Positions 24,405 to 37,075 of a stretch of DNA of 64,000 nucleotides are shown here, one piece after another. The notes under the pieces are model-generated. The model did no database searches. It was not told the origin of the DNA and saw only the letters and a program-made list of their open reading frames with translations. Made by a program: the position numbers and the translations under genes. The first letter of the stretch is position 1, and each line of letters begins with the position of its first letter. The DNA is taken from assembly GCA_905178155.1 (NCBI GenBank), contig CAJINV010000005.1, forward strand, positions 3,823,556-3,887,555. The letters are read 5' to 3'. The stretch is from Amoebophrya sp. A120. Its lineage: Eukaryota > Protista > Dinoflagellata.

Positions 24405-27400
24405 TTGCCAGAGCTCGCGGCCACCGTGGATGCTCGACTTGCAGCTAAAACATGTAGTGGGAACACAGCGCTAGGGTCTTCGATCGGCGTTGCGCCGCCG
24501 CCACCACGATACTCAGCGACTAGTGCAGCATGGAAGCAAGATCATCATTCACTAGGGCGAGAAAAAGAAGCAACGCCTGTGACCGGACTACACGGCAGGA
24601 GCAAAAACCGCTCCTCTCACGAAGATCTTTCCTGGCAGATCGATCTTGCGCTCTGCTTGTCGGCGCTAGCGAAGACCGGTGCGGCAGCTTCCAGCCCCAA
24701 AGCGAGGAGTCTCTGGCGAGGAGCTCATGCATTCTGCGCGAAATTTGCACCGCTTTGCGCCACACGACAGCTTGCGCTACTGTGTCACGCGTTCGCCAGC
24801 GCACAGGAGAAGTGCCCAAGACTTTTTGTGTCGTGTGCTCACGACAAGAATAGAGAGAACAGCTACGCGGATGTGCAAGATGGGACAATGACTGCGCCCT
24901 CGTTTTTTGCCGTTGCGGCAGCGGAGATGGAATTCAGGGCGGATCTAAACGACATCGACTTTGCGACGCTGCTCAACGCCTGTTCAAAAGCTCGCGCCAC
25001 AGACACTGACCCCGCGGTAGCGCAGACCCTCGCCCGGTTGGTGCAGCACCGCAAACCTCCCACTCTGGCCCGCGCTCTTGCGAACGCGTGCCACGCCATC
25101 GTGCGCCTCGAACTTCCGAACCAGCACCGAATATTGGATAAAGACTATGCAGACCGCATTTTGAGTCAGGCCCCGAGCTTCAGTCCGCAAGAGCAGGCAA
25201 ACCTTTTGTTTGCGCTCGGTACGGTGGGCGCGCTCCCAAAGGCGGCAGCCAACGCGGAAGCAAATAGTCCAGGAGTCATCAGTCCCCGTGGTGCGAACAA
25301 TGAGGTACTTCTACGTCGTAACAACATTTTTTCCAGCTTCGTTGTCACTTCCGATGCAGGTCATACTGGTGACGCAGCTGCGGAGCAAACGCTTCCGCCT
25401 GTTTTGGGAAACGTGACCACGCGGGGTGGCGAGTGCGGGACCAGCAGAAGTCGGCCAGCACCGACCCCTTCGTCGGACAAGCGAGTGGAAAAGATGCGAC
25501 AGGCGCTATGCTTGGGCCCTGACGCCTGCGAGCCCGGTCGGCTGGCGACTGCCGTCAGGTTAATGGACTACCTTTGTTATCATGCGCACTTGTGTCGTCG
25601 AACTTCGCAGATCACGGGAAAGAGAAGCTTTTTCACTGATGCACGGATCGAAATTTTTCATTGGGTTGGAACCGAGTTTAGTATCGAACGCATCCACGCA
25701 TGTCAAGGACTTCGGATGCGCACGCTTGCAGGATATCAATTTCCGATTTTTTGTTTTTCCGCGACAGCAATAGAATAAAGCGGAATCGGAATGATTCTTA
25801 CTACATGGCACAGTATCTTCACGCATTTTTGAAGGCACAGATGTGGCAAGTTTGCATTGCTCCAGGCGGCCCACTCGACATCTTCACATTTGCACCAGTG
25901 CATAGACGCAAAACTCCGCTGCAGCTCTCGGATATGAAGCCCTTGGAGCTTGTGCAGGTGCTGTGTGCCTGCTCCAAGGTGATTCTGTACCTACCAGAGG
26001 TGCACAGCATTCTGTTTGCGTTGTTCCAGAAAGCCGTATCACCTGCAAAGAATTCCCGTGTCAATCTGGTGAAACATTTAAATGGATTTGTGACCCAGTC
26101 TGTAGTACGTGAAGACCTAAAATGCAGCATACACAGAGTACTACAAAGTGCTGTCCTTTTTGCAGATACATGTTTATTTGTAGAGGTTTTTGAATGAGTG
26201 TAGATTCGTCCGTGAAAAATCTTGCCGTGGCTGTGCAATCAAAAGGCATCATCTTTTTTAGAGCCCACTTTTAATGTTCCAGGACCAGCTCGATACGAGT
26301 AATGTGCCCGGCTGATAGAGCGAGGTGGTTATTGTGAGGAAAAATCCCCCTCCCCATACTACCAGAACGGGATACTTCTCAAAATTTGTGATGCTGATTT
26401 GAGGTCACAAACCGTCTCTGTATTGCAAGAAGACAAATAAAAAACCCCGCCGCGTTCTGCAGGCAATTTGTAATGCTGTCTGGCCTACAGAGAATGTCCC
26501 TACCTTGCTGAGGGCCTACGCCAAAACATCCTTAGTCCAGCTTTGCATCTGTCTGCAGTCCTCTACTGCAAGACAAATCCGATTTGTGTACACAAATCCC
26601 GCGTCACAGATTTCCATTTCGATATGGGGTGGGGGGATTTTTCCTTTTGATAGTGGTGCGGAAACTGACCGGGATGGAGCTCGCGATCGTGGCAAACGCG
26701 TTGACCCTATCAAATGCAAAAATGTCTGGGTCTGGAAAAGTGTAAATTTGTCATGCAGATTTTCCATGAGCCTGAGCCATGAGGTCTGGAATGCGGGACT
26801 TAGCATGAAAGACCCTGCGAGGTCTCTGCAATGCCTATCCTGCGTGACAAACTCCCTTCCATCTTGGTCAAAAGTGGACAGCTTTTGGCACTCACGCAAT
26901 ACAGATTTTTGCATGCTTCAGATTGACCATGACAAGTTGCCACCTTCCAGACCCAGACACTTTTGCACTTGATAGACCCGGTGGCCCAGCTCCAGTAAGC
27001 CCGAGATACTGCTCCAGTTTCTCAGCCCCTTCATTCGGGAGCGGGCAAGACTGTCCCCGGGTGCGACACCGCGGACCGCCGACCCGAGATCAACCCATGG
27101 TGGCGGGGACGCAAGAAGACCCGCGGAGACAAAATTTAACAGGAATGCGGTGCAGCCGCGCCACTGCGTACAGGTGGTACACGCCTACGCCAAAATTGGG
27201 GTTCAGGATGATGAAATCTTTGGGGACTACCTAACGGAAAATATGCACTGCAAAAGTACTATCGCACAACTAGTAGAACATGTTGTGGCAACAAGAACTT
27301 CTTTTAATGCAGGGAAGTACAACTTAGTTGTTATTGCCTCCAATTATTACCACGAGCGCGACACTTTTGCACAGGATAAAAAACGTTTTGCCGCAACTTG

Positions 27401-28514
27401 CCTTGCCCGCAACACCTTCGCGGTCGTCGGGTTGCAAAAAAGAGCGCGGCACTTCTGACGCAACGATCGAACCGCACAACCTTGCGCAAGTGGTGGTGGC
27501 GCTGACGAAGGTGGATCGTCCCCGGGAAGGGATATTTTCCCAGGTTTTTGGATCCGCGGGCGGGGATGGCTCGGGCGGCAGTAGTAGTTGCACATCAGCT
27601 AGTACCCGGTCTTTCTCCGATACGTCTCTCGTCGCGATGGCTTATGCGTTTCTTCATTTCAAGCTTTTTTCCGTGCGAAAAACGGTTTTCTTTCTGCGAG
27701 ACATGGCTAGTCGCTCGATCAATTCCAGGAGCTTCACGCACCAGATGCAAACTCTGTTGCTAGCCTTGCGCTTTTTCAACCGGAAACAAACAGCAGAGCA
27801 GCTGCGGTCGACCGAACCGAGTTGCAGAAAAGGAGGAAGCTGCGGTCAGCAAGAACCGGCGGCAAGCGAAGGTAGGACGATGTTCAATACGCTACATTAC
27901 CTGGGCACAGCCGACCTCGAGCATGCGGAGAAAATTGCCCACTTGACAGACATATCCATTGCAAATATCTTTGATGTCTGGGTCTACAAGGATCGAAATT
28001 TGTTGTCGTGTCACGGCCTCCTCTCAGGCACAGACAGCAAGCAGCTGCTGTCTCAATCGAAGATTACGGTTGTATAGAGTGATGAATCTCTCGCATGCGA
28101 CGTAAGTTAGTACCACTAGGCACACCAACAGCGAGCCGCCTTCGCGGAGCCTGTGAAGATGCTTTGGCATCATGCATTGCGGATACGGACCTTCCAAATC
28201 CGTGAGGCGACACGAATTTTTGCATGACAAGCATCTGCACGACTTAGTTTCGCAACATGATAAGCATCTGCACTGTTACAGACCCAGGCGCGACTACCAG
28301 TTCTTGCAGTTGATAAGACAACTACATCGGCCCGGCAGCCGAAGACCCAGCGGCCGGAATTCAGAGCTCTGGAGCACAATTGGAAGTGGAAGAAGCGCTC
28401 AGTTTGTCACAGCTTCTTGTGGAACACGGGCTGCAGCTAGCGCGAGAAACGCCGATCGGGGGTTCGCCGTTTATTGTGGATCTCTTGTTACGTCCAAATG
28501 CAGCTATAACTTGA
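24405..28514 (+). CDS. Helical-repeat (HPR/OPR-like) protein with RAP-like C-terminus; probable organellar RNA-binding protein
   Basis: Repeats TRQLALLCHAFA, SPQEQANLLFALG, KPLELVQVLCACSK, TGMELAIVANALT, QPRHCVQVVHAYAK, EPHNLAQVVVALTK; C-terminus ARETPIGGSPFIVDLLL. Start uncertain. Confidence 0.7.
26330..26652. mobile_element. Introner, family D
   Basis: ggaaaaatccccctccccata TIR; TSD GTGGT/GTGGT. Confidence 0.88.
26708..26974. mobile_element. Introner, family A
   Basis: Family A TIR; TSD GACCC/GACCC; excision gives ANALTRWPSS. Confidence 0.9.
27242..27378. mobile_element. Introner, family C-like
   Basis: tgcaaaagt/acttttgca; TSD GAAAA/AAAAA; excision gives LTENVLPQL. Confidence 0.8.
27953..28315. 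mobile_element. Introner, diverged family A
   Basis: TSD AGACA/AGACA; ctgggtct/agacccag subterminal motif; frame restored. Confidence 0.8.
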
Positions 28515-29101
28515 CGTGAAAATAACGTGTCAGCCGCCGATTGCAGCGGGGAGACACTGATCGTCTTTGTTTCAAAGTAGTATAATATCATGAGTTGTAC
28601 TGATGTCGTCTATACTTTCACGGTATCCGTTTTGCCGAGGTGATGCAGAACAGAGACAAAAAATGCACTCGTTGAAGAAAGCAAAATGCACTTGTGTCTA
28701 GAGTCATTCATCAAATGAATCCGGAATTTGAAATGAGCTATGCCCTTTACGCGACACGACTGGTCGGTGCTTTTAAACAGAAAGTTTCTTCAGCAAGACA
28801 TCACATTTCGTATGATCCACTTTTTGATGCACTCTAGTGTTGCGATCAGCAGCCTTGACGTGCCGTCACGATTTACTGTCGTTTTTGCGTACGAGCGAAT
28901 TTTGGAGCGACGCGCCTCATTCCCGCAGACTTTTTTGCGGTTTCGCAACGTACAAATTCACGATCGCTGGGGCTCGCAAGAATCGCGTTAGCTGCATAGT
29001 AGAAGCACGGTGAAGGAGCCGTTCAGTCCATTCTCGACCAACAGGAACTACTTGTACTCAGCTTGGGAATATCTTCTGTTGAACCGCGATTGGAATATTA
29101 A

Positions 29102-32100
29102 ATGGTCATGCGGCATCGCAGCCTGTACCTCAACTCTGCATGGTGTGCTTGTCTTGCTGGTTACCTGGAAGCGCTTTTAGTGCACCGAGCCGGAGTCCTG
29201 TTTTGGCTGGCACAGGCTACGCTGCCCCACGCTTTTGGAGAAGACGCGACGGAATGCACCAATGCCGGCGTCGTGGGAGACGCGGGCAGCACGGTATCCT
29301 GTTTGAAAACGTCCCCATGATGCCGTACTTGTCATGTGACTTTATTTCCATCTGACGCTGCAGCAGGAACCGGGGCTGAATATGTTTTGATGCGACTCCC
29401 CATGAGGACATCGGCCGGTGTTTCGGAGAGGACAATTCGTCCTGTTTAGTGAACCAAAATTATAGTAGTTGTAGCTCTGTTAGTTTTACGTTGTTCCAAT
29501 TGATTCAACAGTCTTTCCATATTATCATCTTCTTCGCAGTAGACCTCTGACCTTCATCGTGGGCGGGGCGTTTTTGACTAGCATACACTGGCACGCGAAT
29601 CTACGTTGTGCACAACGTGACGCGTGCGCCACAAATCGAGAACATCGGCAAACAATCGACGGGCGGGTTAGCGAAGCTGGGCGCACGACAGGCGTTCGAA
29701 ACAGGATTAGGCGATTTGCTGCAGAAGGCGTACCTCCGGCTAGAGCAGCTCGGGTGCGCACCGCCATCCGGCCACCTTGGGAAACCGACTGAGAAAAGTG
29801 CTAGTTTGCCGACCGGCAACGGCGGTGCACCGCTGCAGCGTTCTTGGGGCGTCGCGCCGAAACTGAGCATTCTTGGGACCGCGGGCACGCGCCTGATGGC
29901 CCCGGAGAAGAACGCAGCCCTCTGGAAGGAGCTCCGCGCGCTGATCCAAACCATGATGGTATCCTGAGGAAAAACGGGATCCACGCACCATAGTCAAGAT
30001 GAGTGTACGTTTTGATAGTACACAAGGAAAGAAGTTTTGACTGTTGCGCATGAACAAAGATTCACAAAGCTACAACTAGCTTCTCGTCCCGATTAGAGCA
30101 CGACAAATTCCCGGACAGCATTTTTAGAAAAAGCTCGTCAGGGGGCAGTGCATGGGATCCAATTTGGGCGTGCAAATATGCATGACGAGGACTCTGGGAG
30201 TAGTTGGGCACATTTTTACACCGGATAGATGCACCAGAAGAAACTGAAGTTCGAACTACTGCAGCTGCGGACCATATCGGGAGAGGAGGAGGGGCTGTTC
30301 GCCTTTTACTCGGTGAATTTGCTGCGCCACGCGGTTAGCCACGAGTTGCGGGCGTATCAAAATGAATGAAAAGCACCCTGCCTCCAGAAATGCATAAAAA
30401 AGTGGGGAGTGTTGCGGCGATTGATAATTTTGTTTCGGGATCTAGTCGAGTTGTGGCAGCGAGTTCTAGCGTTGCAAGCATCGCCTCTGCGGTGCTTTTC
30501 CGGGTCGACATAGATCTGCGCTATTGATGTGGGTCGAGAATTTGTGATGCTGCACCAGGCAAGGTGGCCAGGATTCCCATTGGGAGCTTTCGCAAGGCAA
30601 AGTTCATCTGGGGTTGGGGTGCCATTCACGGTGATAGGGCACGCGAGAAATTTCTTCACGGAGTGGTAGATCTGGGCGGAGTATCAAGCGTAAATATGTC
30701 TGGGTCCTCTGGGAGAGTGCATCCATTTGTCATGCAGGTTTTGCACCTGCAAAAACTCCACAGTCAGCATCGCATATTTGCATTGCATACGTAGCGTCGA
30801 CGCAGGTGGCCGTGCCGATGCGGCACATAACCGAGGGCACAAAAATTACGGCGAAAGATGTTTTCATCCGCAGCTTTCTGGGCTACGGGACAAAGGAATT
30901 CCTCGGAAATGTATAAGTGCCGAGACAGTGCGTGCGCCTTTCTTGCTTTGACTAAAGTATGCCCGCCTCTTGCGACGAACGATTGAATCACGATAGTCAA
31001 CAGTGTGTCGGTGCTGCATGTGGAGCATTGACCCCGCAGCTGGGTACATCATCATCATTTTGTAGAACAATGATTACTTACACCCAAAAACTCATCTTCG
31101 ATTTACAGGCTCCTTCAAGTGTGAAAGATTCGTGCCAGTTTGGAAAGCCAGCGGCTGACTGTCAATCAGCAATCAAGGCCGTGTTTGCGGAGCGGCAGGT
31201 TTCGGGCACATCCTATGTGCGTGAGAATCTCTCGTACTTCGTATCAAAATGAAAAAACACGCGAGCGCCCCTGGAGTTCTTGGCGCGTGTTTGTAGACGT
31301 AAATACATGCAAATTTGAAGAGGTTTTCGTTTCAAAGGAGCGCCCGCGGCGCGAAAAAGGAGTTTGTAAAACTGTATTTGTGGTAGTTTTAGAATCTCGG
31401 GACGACCGCAAAGCCAGTAAGTGTTTCAGACTACTTACTTCGCATCGCAGCCGCTAGACTCGTCCACCTCTGGAGGTGTGTACAGGGACGGGTCGCTTTT
31501 TCACTTGGATGCTTTGGCAAGGGTGACCTAGCGCTGATTCAGGAGGGGGACCAGGCTATGGCGTCGGTGTACACGATTTCTGGGTACTACTTCGCCGCGC
31601 AGTTTCTTCGCTGGGTGGGCGCCCTACAAACGCCGGACGAGAAACTGAGCTTGGAGCAACTGGCCAAAGGCGCGAACGGTATGATAGGGATGTCAATTTT
31701 TCCATCGATGAGTTGTTGTGATGCGCTACAGCATTCTTATCATTTAGTGCCCTCTTCCAGGGAAAAGCCGCAAAGAAAAGGAGCTTCACTTTATTCACTA
31801 AATAACTCACTCATTCTGAATCATTTATTATCGACATTGCACTACAACAGCCGCTATCCTATGCAAAAATGTTTGGGTCTGGAAGGTTGCACACTTTCGC
31901 CATGCGTTTTGTGCATGACCCAGAAGCTCTGAGATGCCAGCAACAGCATCTCAGGTTTGCAGGAGGCATCTCAAAAATAGCTTCCCGGAAGGTTCTCTCC
32001 CGCGTAAAATTTCTTCAGACTTTGATGACAAGGTAACATGAGGGCCGCTTGCGCTGTGCATGCATCACAGATCATTTTTGCGCGATGTAAGATCATGCGC

Positions 32101-32715
32101 ATCACAAGGTAGCATCCTTGAGAACGACCCAGAAATGATATTTTCTGTGGATAGCTGCCTGTGCGACTCCCGGCGAAGAGGTGCAAAAGAAATTTGAAAA
32201 GGAGGAGAAGGAGTTGGTGAAGCATACGACGCAGCTATCGTGAGTAAAAACGTCGTCCTCACCTGACCGCCAAGATGGGGGCGTGGCTGTTGCGCGTGAC
32301 AAGCTTGAAGAACTCGCAGCGTCATCGAGGTTAGCTCGTGCAGCTGCATCACGTCAAATCGATCCCCTGCTTTTGTATCCTGATGATAGCATATGCATGA
32401 CAAATTCTAACACACCAGTACGGAAAATCTCGTCAGGGACGAGCTGCGCGCGCATGAGAAACATCCTGGGCTGCATGCACCTGGGGACGGGGGAGTTTTT
32501 ACACAGGATGGCAGCAGCAGCTGATGACAAGATGTTTTGACGTTTGCTACGCGGTCGTTTTACTCAAGGAGGTTTACCGATGGGCGGCGGACACACCAAA
32601 ATTTCATTTCACCGACAACGTGGCCGGCAACTCTGTGGACTGGGCACTCGGCGCTTACATAAGTCTCGTACCGACTGTTTTTTTCAGAAGTGATTTGCAC
32701 TTTTACACAAATTGA
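29102..32715 (+). CDS. GDA1/CD39-family NTPDase (apyrase)
   Basis: All five apyrase conserved regions appear after introner removal: DAGSTGTR, GTAGTRL, ISGEEEG, DLGGASTQ, WALGA; also SFLGYG. Termini approximate. Confidence 0.9.
29295..29585. mobile_element. Introner splitting NTPDase ACR1
   Basis: aaaacgtcccc / ggggcgttttt; TSD CACGG/CACTG; restores DAGSTGTRIYV. Confidence 0.85.
29960..30227. mobile_element. Introner, family B
   Basis: tatcctgaggaaaaa ... tttttacaccggata; TSD GATGG/GATGC. Confidence 0.85.
30355..30636. mobile_element. Introner
   Basis: tatcaaaatgaatg ... cattcacggtgata; TSD GGGCG/GGGCA. Confidence 0.8.
30682..30789. mobile_element. Short (108 nt) family A derivative splitting NTPDase ACR4
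   Basis: tatcaagcgtaaatatgtctgggtc start; TSD CGGAG/CGTAG; restores DLGGASTQ. Confidence 0.85.
31242..31511. mobile_element. Introner
   Basis: tatcaaaatgaaaaa ... tttttcacttggatg; TSD CTTCG/CTTTG; frame restored. Confidence 0.75.
31855..32153. mobile_element. Introner, family A, at an existing acceptor site
   Basis: tatcctatgcaaaaatgtttgggtctggaag start; TSD GCCGC/GCTGC. Confidence 0.8.
32236..32510. mobile_element. Introner, family B
   Basis: tatcgtgagtaaaaac ... gtttttacacaggatg; TSD GCAGC/GCAGC. Confidence 0.85.
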
Positions 32716-32897
32716 TGCGGCAACAATTCGTCTCCTACAGAGTTCGTTGTCCAGTCTCGCATTTATGGAACAGAAGCTGAAGTGGCCAGTCGTGAGTAAG
32801 TACTCCCCGTTTATTGTCAGCCCTTTTCATGCTGGCTTCATGCATTTTTCGACTCAGACAGAAGTTTTTTTGCTCATATCTTCCGAAGAGGACCCTT

Positions 32898-33811
32898 TCA
32901 AATTTTGCAACTCTCTTCGATTTGAGAGAAGCATTGAGAAATTTGTGCAACGCAGGTAGCAAACGGAAGGGGATCATCTTCTTCCTCGGCAGCCGTCAAC
33001 CCCTCGGACCGCGAGAGTTCGTCGTACTGGCTACCGAATTTATTCGCCGCCGCACTGGTGAGCGGTTTCTTGCTGTGGCTCTTTCGAAAAATGGTGTGGA
33101 AAACCGCGAGCGGGGAAGACCGGACGATGGGCAACAGTGTAAACGACATGAGCCAGTTATCCTGAGGAAAAATCTTCCCTCTACTCCACATTGAAAGCGG
33201 TCAAATGGTGCTTATTTGGGTACGTAAGTGCACAGTTTGCAAGGAAGAGCGACAGCAAGCACTTGACACTGCAAGATCAAGCTGGTTTGTGTAAGTGCAC
33301 AAAGCGACGCGTGTCATATATCTTCCTGAGTAGCCTTCGCCTTTGTAGCGCAAGCGACATCTACTTCAGGCTTGATGATTATTTTCAGTGGATCTCTTTC
33401 GGCTAGCCCCTCTAAAGAGGCTAAAATAGAATAGAGTAATCCGCTCCCGAAGGCAAAGCATGAGCATCACCCCCCCCCCCCCTAAGTACTGTGAGGGGGC
33501 ATTTTTTCTCTCAACGCCAGTTCTCAAGTAAGGATATCGAAGCCGGATGGGACGACGAGCTTCGTGGGCTGAGCAGCAGCGGAACAAAAGAACTACCTGA
33601 CTTGGTCGGAAATACTCTGGTACCAAACCGGAGCTATTAGCTGACTGCACGACCCGAGAGATGACTCGACTCCTGCGTCTTGGTGGGACAGAACTTGCAC
33701 CTGTCGGATGTGTTGTAGGTCTTGATAAGCGGAAAAACCTTTTTTGTACTTACCCCGAGATAAACGTAAACCCTGATACGAACTTCGGGCCTTGGTATCC
33801 GCTTCTTCCAA
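32898..33811 (-). CDS. Hypothetical protein, structure uncertain
   Basis: Excising 33158-33516 plus a TSD joins SLLENW to LMSFTLL; adjacent minus ORFs. Confidence 0.3.
33158..33516. mobile_element. Introner with one decayed end
   Basis: tatcctgaggaaaaat start; TSD CCAGT/CCAGT; right end reads caacg rather than gata. Confidence 0.6.
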
Positions 33812-34178
33812 TGGAGGTACTTACTTACATGGGGGTCCGCCAGATCCCATTGAAGAGAGTGTCAATTCAATATAGTGGAATGTACAGATATTTGCACGCT
33901 TGTAGAGAACAAAGGTTTGTTTTCATTTGCTCCACTGGGCAAAGGGTTGTCTGTTCCAGAAATGAATCTCCGGATTTGGATGGATCTTCGATGTACCATA
34001 TGAGCACGCAAAGCCCGATGTCGACGTAGTGCCCCAATCGATGTTGATCCTTCGCAGGCACCAGAAGATTTTTAGACGCAATGATATACGAAGGTTTTAT
34101 TTCGATGCCTGTTTTTGAAAACGCTTGTTATGTCGCCGTAGTTTTGATTAATAGTCTGGCAGAACCAGCATCTTCATC

Positions 34179-36077
34179 ATGACCAGCGATATCCCGGAGT
34201 TGTTATGGACGGCGGCCGCCTTAACAGCGGGGATCCAGATACCCCGAGTAAAAACGCAACCACCCCATAGTCAAAATTTGAAGTTTCTCTGTGCTTGAAC
34301 TTGTTTAGTACAAAAACACACCACGACAAAGCTGGGAAATCAGCAAGGCAAGCCTAGAGTTTTTGGGACATTCGCATGACAAGCTTGGTGCTCTACTCTT
34401 GTCGTGCCTAGCTAGTTTAGCTGCGTCAGATGAAATCCGCTGCCTTATCCAGATAAGGGCACGATAACTTTTTTCTAAACGCGATGATAAATAAGGGTCT
34501 CCCATGCAGACCCGTGTGCGGAACGTTTTGGACATGCGGACGTGCACGACAAGTATGAGGTGGGTACGTTTTTACTTAGGATAGCAGGGCCTGGGTTTCT
34601 TGCACGGCTACTGGTTCCAAACGGAAGTTTTTTACGACGCGCTGGGCGGTATCAACAGTCTTTTTTTCGTCGGTCTTGCAGTCGTGCTGAACTACACCAG
34701 TTTCGGCAACAATGCGAATTTCTTCGATGAGAGTCGCAAGGTAAGTATTTCGGCGCTCTTCGCGGTTTCGCGCTTGTGGCTGCTCGCCTTTTTGGCGTGT
34801 ACGATAAGGAAAAATCTCGCCGCCCCATGCTTCTGTGAAAAAGGAGACATAATGCGATGCGCGAGGACTTCTTGCCTACACAGAGGCAAATGCTATTTCT
34901 CTGGGTAGTGCAGTAGTTTCCTGTCATATTACGGTTGCACACACAAGAACAGCCCTCTTCCTCCATGCCAGACAGCAATAAAATCCGTGGTCGCAAAAAA
35001 TCCATTCGACCTTTTAGTAGCGTGGGGCGGAAACATTTTTCCTTTTGGTAGCGTGGCGCGCGAAGGAGCGCAAGGGCGACGGCCGGTTTGACGAGCTGAA
35101 GCCGTACTTTTTCACCTTTCTGCTCGTTTGGATCATGCAGGGGGTGTGGTGCTACTGTGTCGCCCTGCCGCTGCTGGTGCTGACTGGAGTGAGGGGTGAG
35201 GCCGGAAAGTTGTCCTCGCCTGTCGACTACCTCTCCGTCATGTTCTTTCTGGTCGGGCTGGTGTGCGAAATCAGTAGCGACATCGTGAAGGCCTCCTGGG
35301 TGAAGGAGGGCCGCCCCGGCGGATTCTGTACCCGCGGCTTGTGGTACTACTCGCGACACCCCAACTATTTCGGGGAAATACTGATGTGGTGGAGCGCCTT
35401 CGGTTTGTGCATTCAGCCAATGATGGTCGATAGCGGGGTTACCGGTTACATGCTTCTAGCCGTGCTTTCACCTCTAATCACAACATTCTTGCTCCTCTGC
35501 GTGTCGGGCGTGCCGCTGGCCGAGGGGAAGCACTTGGAAAGATACCTGAAATACCCCGACTTCCCCGCCTATCGCAAACGGACCTCGTGTTTGGTCCCCA
35601 TGCCGCCAGGGGTGTACGAAAGGATACCCAGCTTGCTGCAGCGGTTGCTTCTCTGCGAGTGGAAACGCTACGAATATGTGGAGCCAGCGGGCGCCAGTAC
35701 TTCTAGGTGTAGAGGCGTTTGTCATTTGTCATTCTGATATTTTGTTAATTCGTTTCAGGGTGGAATTGAATTCAAGCTCTGTGCAGTCAATCACAACTCA
35801 ATGGAGGTTGTGAGCAAACGACTATGTTGCGCATATGACTACATCATCATAATGACCTTCCAACAGGCGAAGAGAGCCACTTCTTGGAAGCTGAATTGAG
35901 TCTGCTTCGCACAACATCAGGCAGCACCCCGGGAGCCCTAAACCCAGCAAGCGCGGCAGCAGCGGCCCAAGAGGCAAGTCCCGGACCTCCGAGACCCGGC
36001 CCAGCGCAGTGAAAAAGCGTCCCAGCAGTGGCACCGCAAAGAAGCGACGCGGCGCTAGCGTGTCGGGAAAGAAATAG
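34179..36077 (+). CDS. DUF1295 / steroid 5-alpha-reductase-like membrane protein
   Basis: QTEVFYDALGG, WRAKERKGDGRF, TRGLWYYSRHPNYFGEILMWW, SGVPLAE; basic last exon ~35921-36077 via a GT-AG intron. Confidence 0.88.
34240..34583. mobile_element. Introner, family B
   Basis: gagtaaaaacg / cgtttttactt; TSD CCAGA/GCAGG; joins AGIQ to GLGFLH. Confidence 0.8.
34800..35050. mobile_element. Introner, D-like
   Basis: aaggaaaaat / atttttcctt; TSD GCGTG/GCGTG; restores FLAWRAKER. Confidence 0.85.
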
Positions 36078-37075
36078 GTGTGAAGAGCCGCTGCCGACAA
36101 CCATGAGTCTTGCCAGCGGGGCTGATACGGGAAGCGAGCGTGTCTCGTGATGCAGCTCTACTGAGCCCAAGGTGCTACTTATGACAGGACAGTGTGCGCC
36201 GCACAGTGCGTTCTTCTCGATGAAGCGTTGTACTAAAGCGCTACAGTGCAGCTGATTGGATAACTTGCGAAGATGTACAGAAAACAAAATCATCGCAAGT
36301 AGAGTGTGTTGCTGCAGCTTACGACGTATCGTGCAGAGGTAGCTGAAAAAAACTGCGAACAGCAGAAAGGATGGGCGCCATTGTTAAAAGAGGACACGAC
36401 CGACCCGCTGCGTGGTTATTTCTCCCAGCGAATATATTGATGAAACCGGACCACGCATCTCTTGGCCGTTTCCGTTCGTGTTAGAACTGTCCAAGGACGA
36501 CACTCTGACTGGAGCATCGGAATAAGAGAGAGTCGAGGTGATCGAGCAAATATAGCAGTGCTTAAGATGGTGCACAGAGGCATACTTGGTTGGAGCAGTG
36601 CCTGAGATGTACTACTGCGTTCTTGCTAGAATTAGGATCGTTTCCCTACGTAATTCCTGGTGTTGTCGATGAGAAGCATGGTCGAGTTTATTCTTGCGGA
36701 GGAAATAAGAATAACCAATGCATGCTCAGGTTTGATTAGACATCTTAGTGTTTCGTCAAGTTCGTGCAAATACGAATTGAATGTCCAGTACAATAGATGC
36801 AGAGCCCGTTAAAGGGAGCCGCTGTTTGTTTGTTTTTTTCAAGTGGTGATATAGACTTTTCAGAGGAATCAAAGCCAAACCACGACACGGTGCTTGAAAA
36901 AAGCTTATTGGGAAACCGTATCGATCGGCGCTTTTCTCCTCCTTGTCCATGTGTGTGTGTGTGTGCTCGCTAACATTTTTCATGACAGCACTCATGAATA
37001 CTTGTAAATTTGGGAAGCTCAGGAAGTGGGTATGTATCGGGAAAAGTGTAGCCTTAATTTTGTAGTCTTATCGAA

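Noticed and set aside
29290-30794. Model in which every introner is cut symmetrically (N+element+N), leaving one extra codon
   Set aside because: It would insert residues into ACR1 (DAGSTTGTR) and ACR4 (DLGGVASTQ), so it is unlikely as the general rule.
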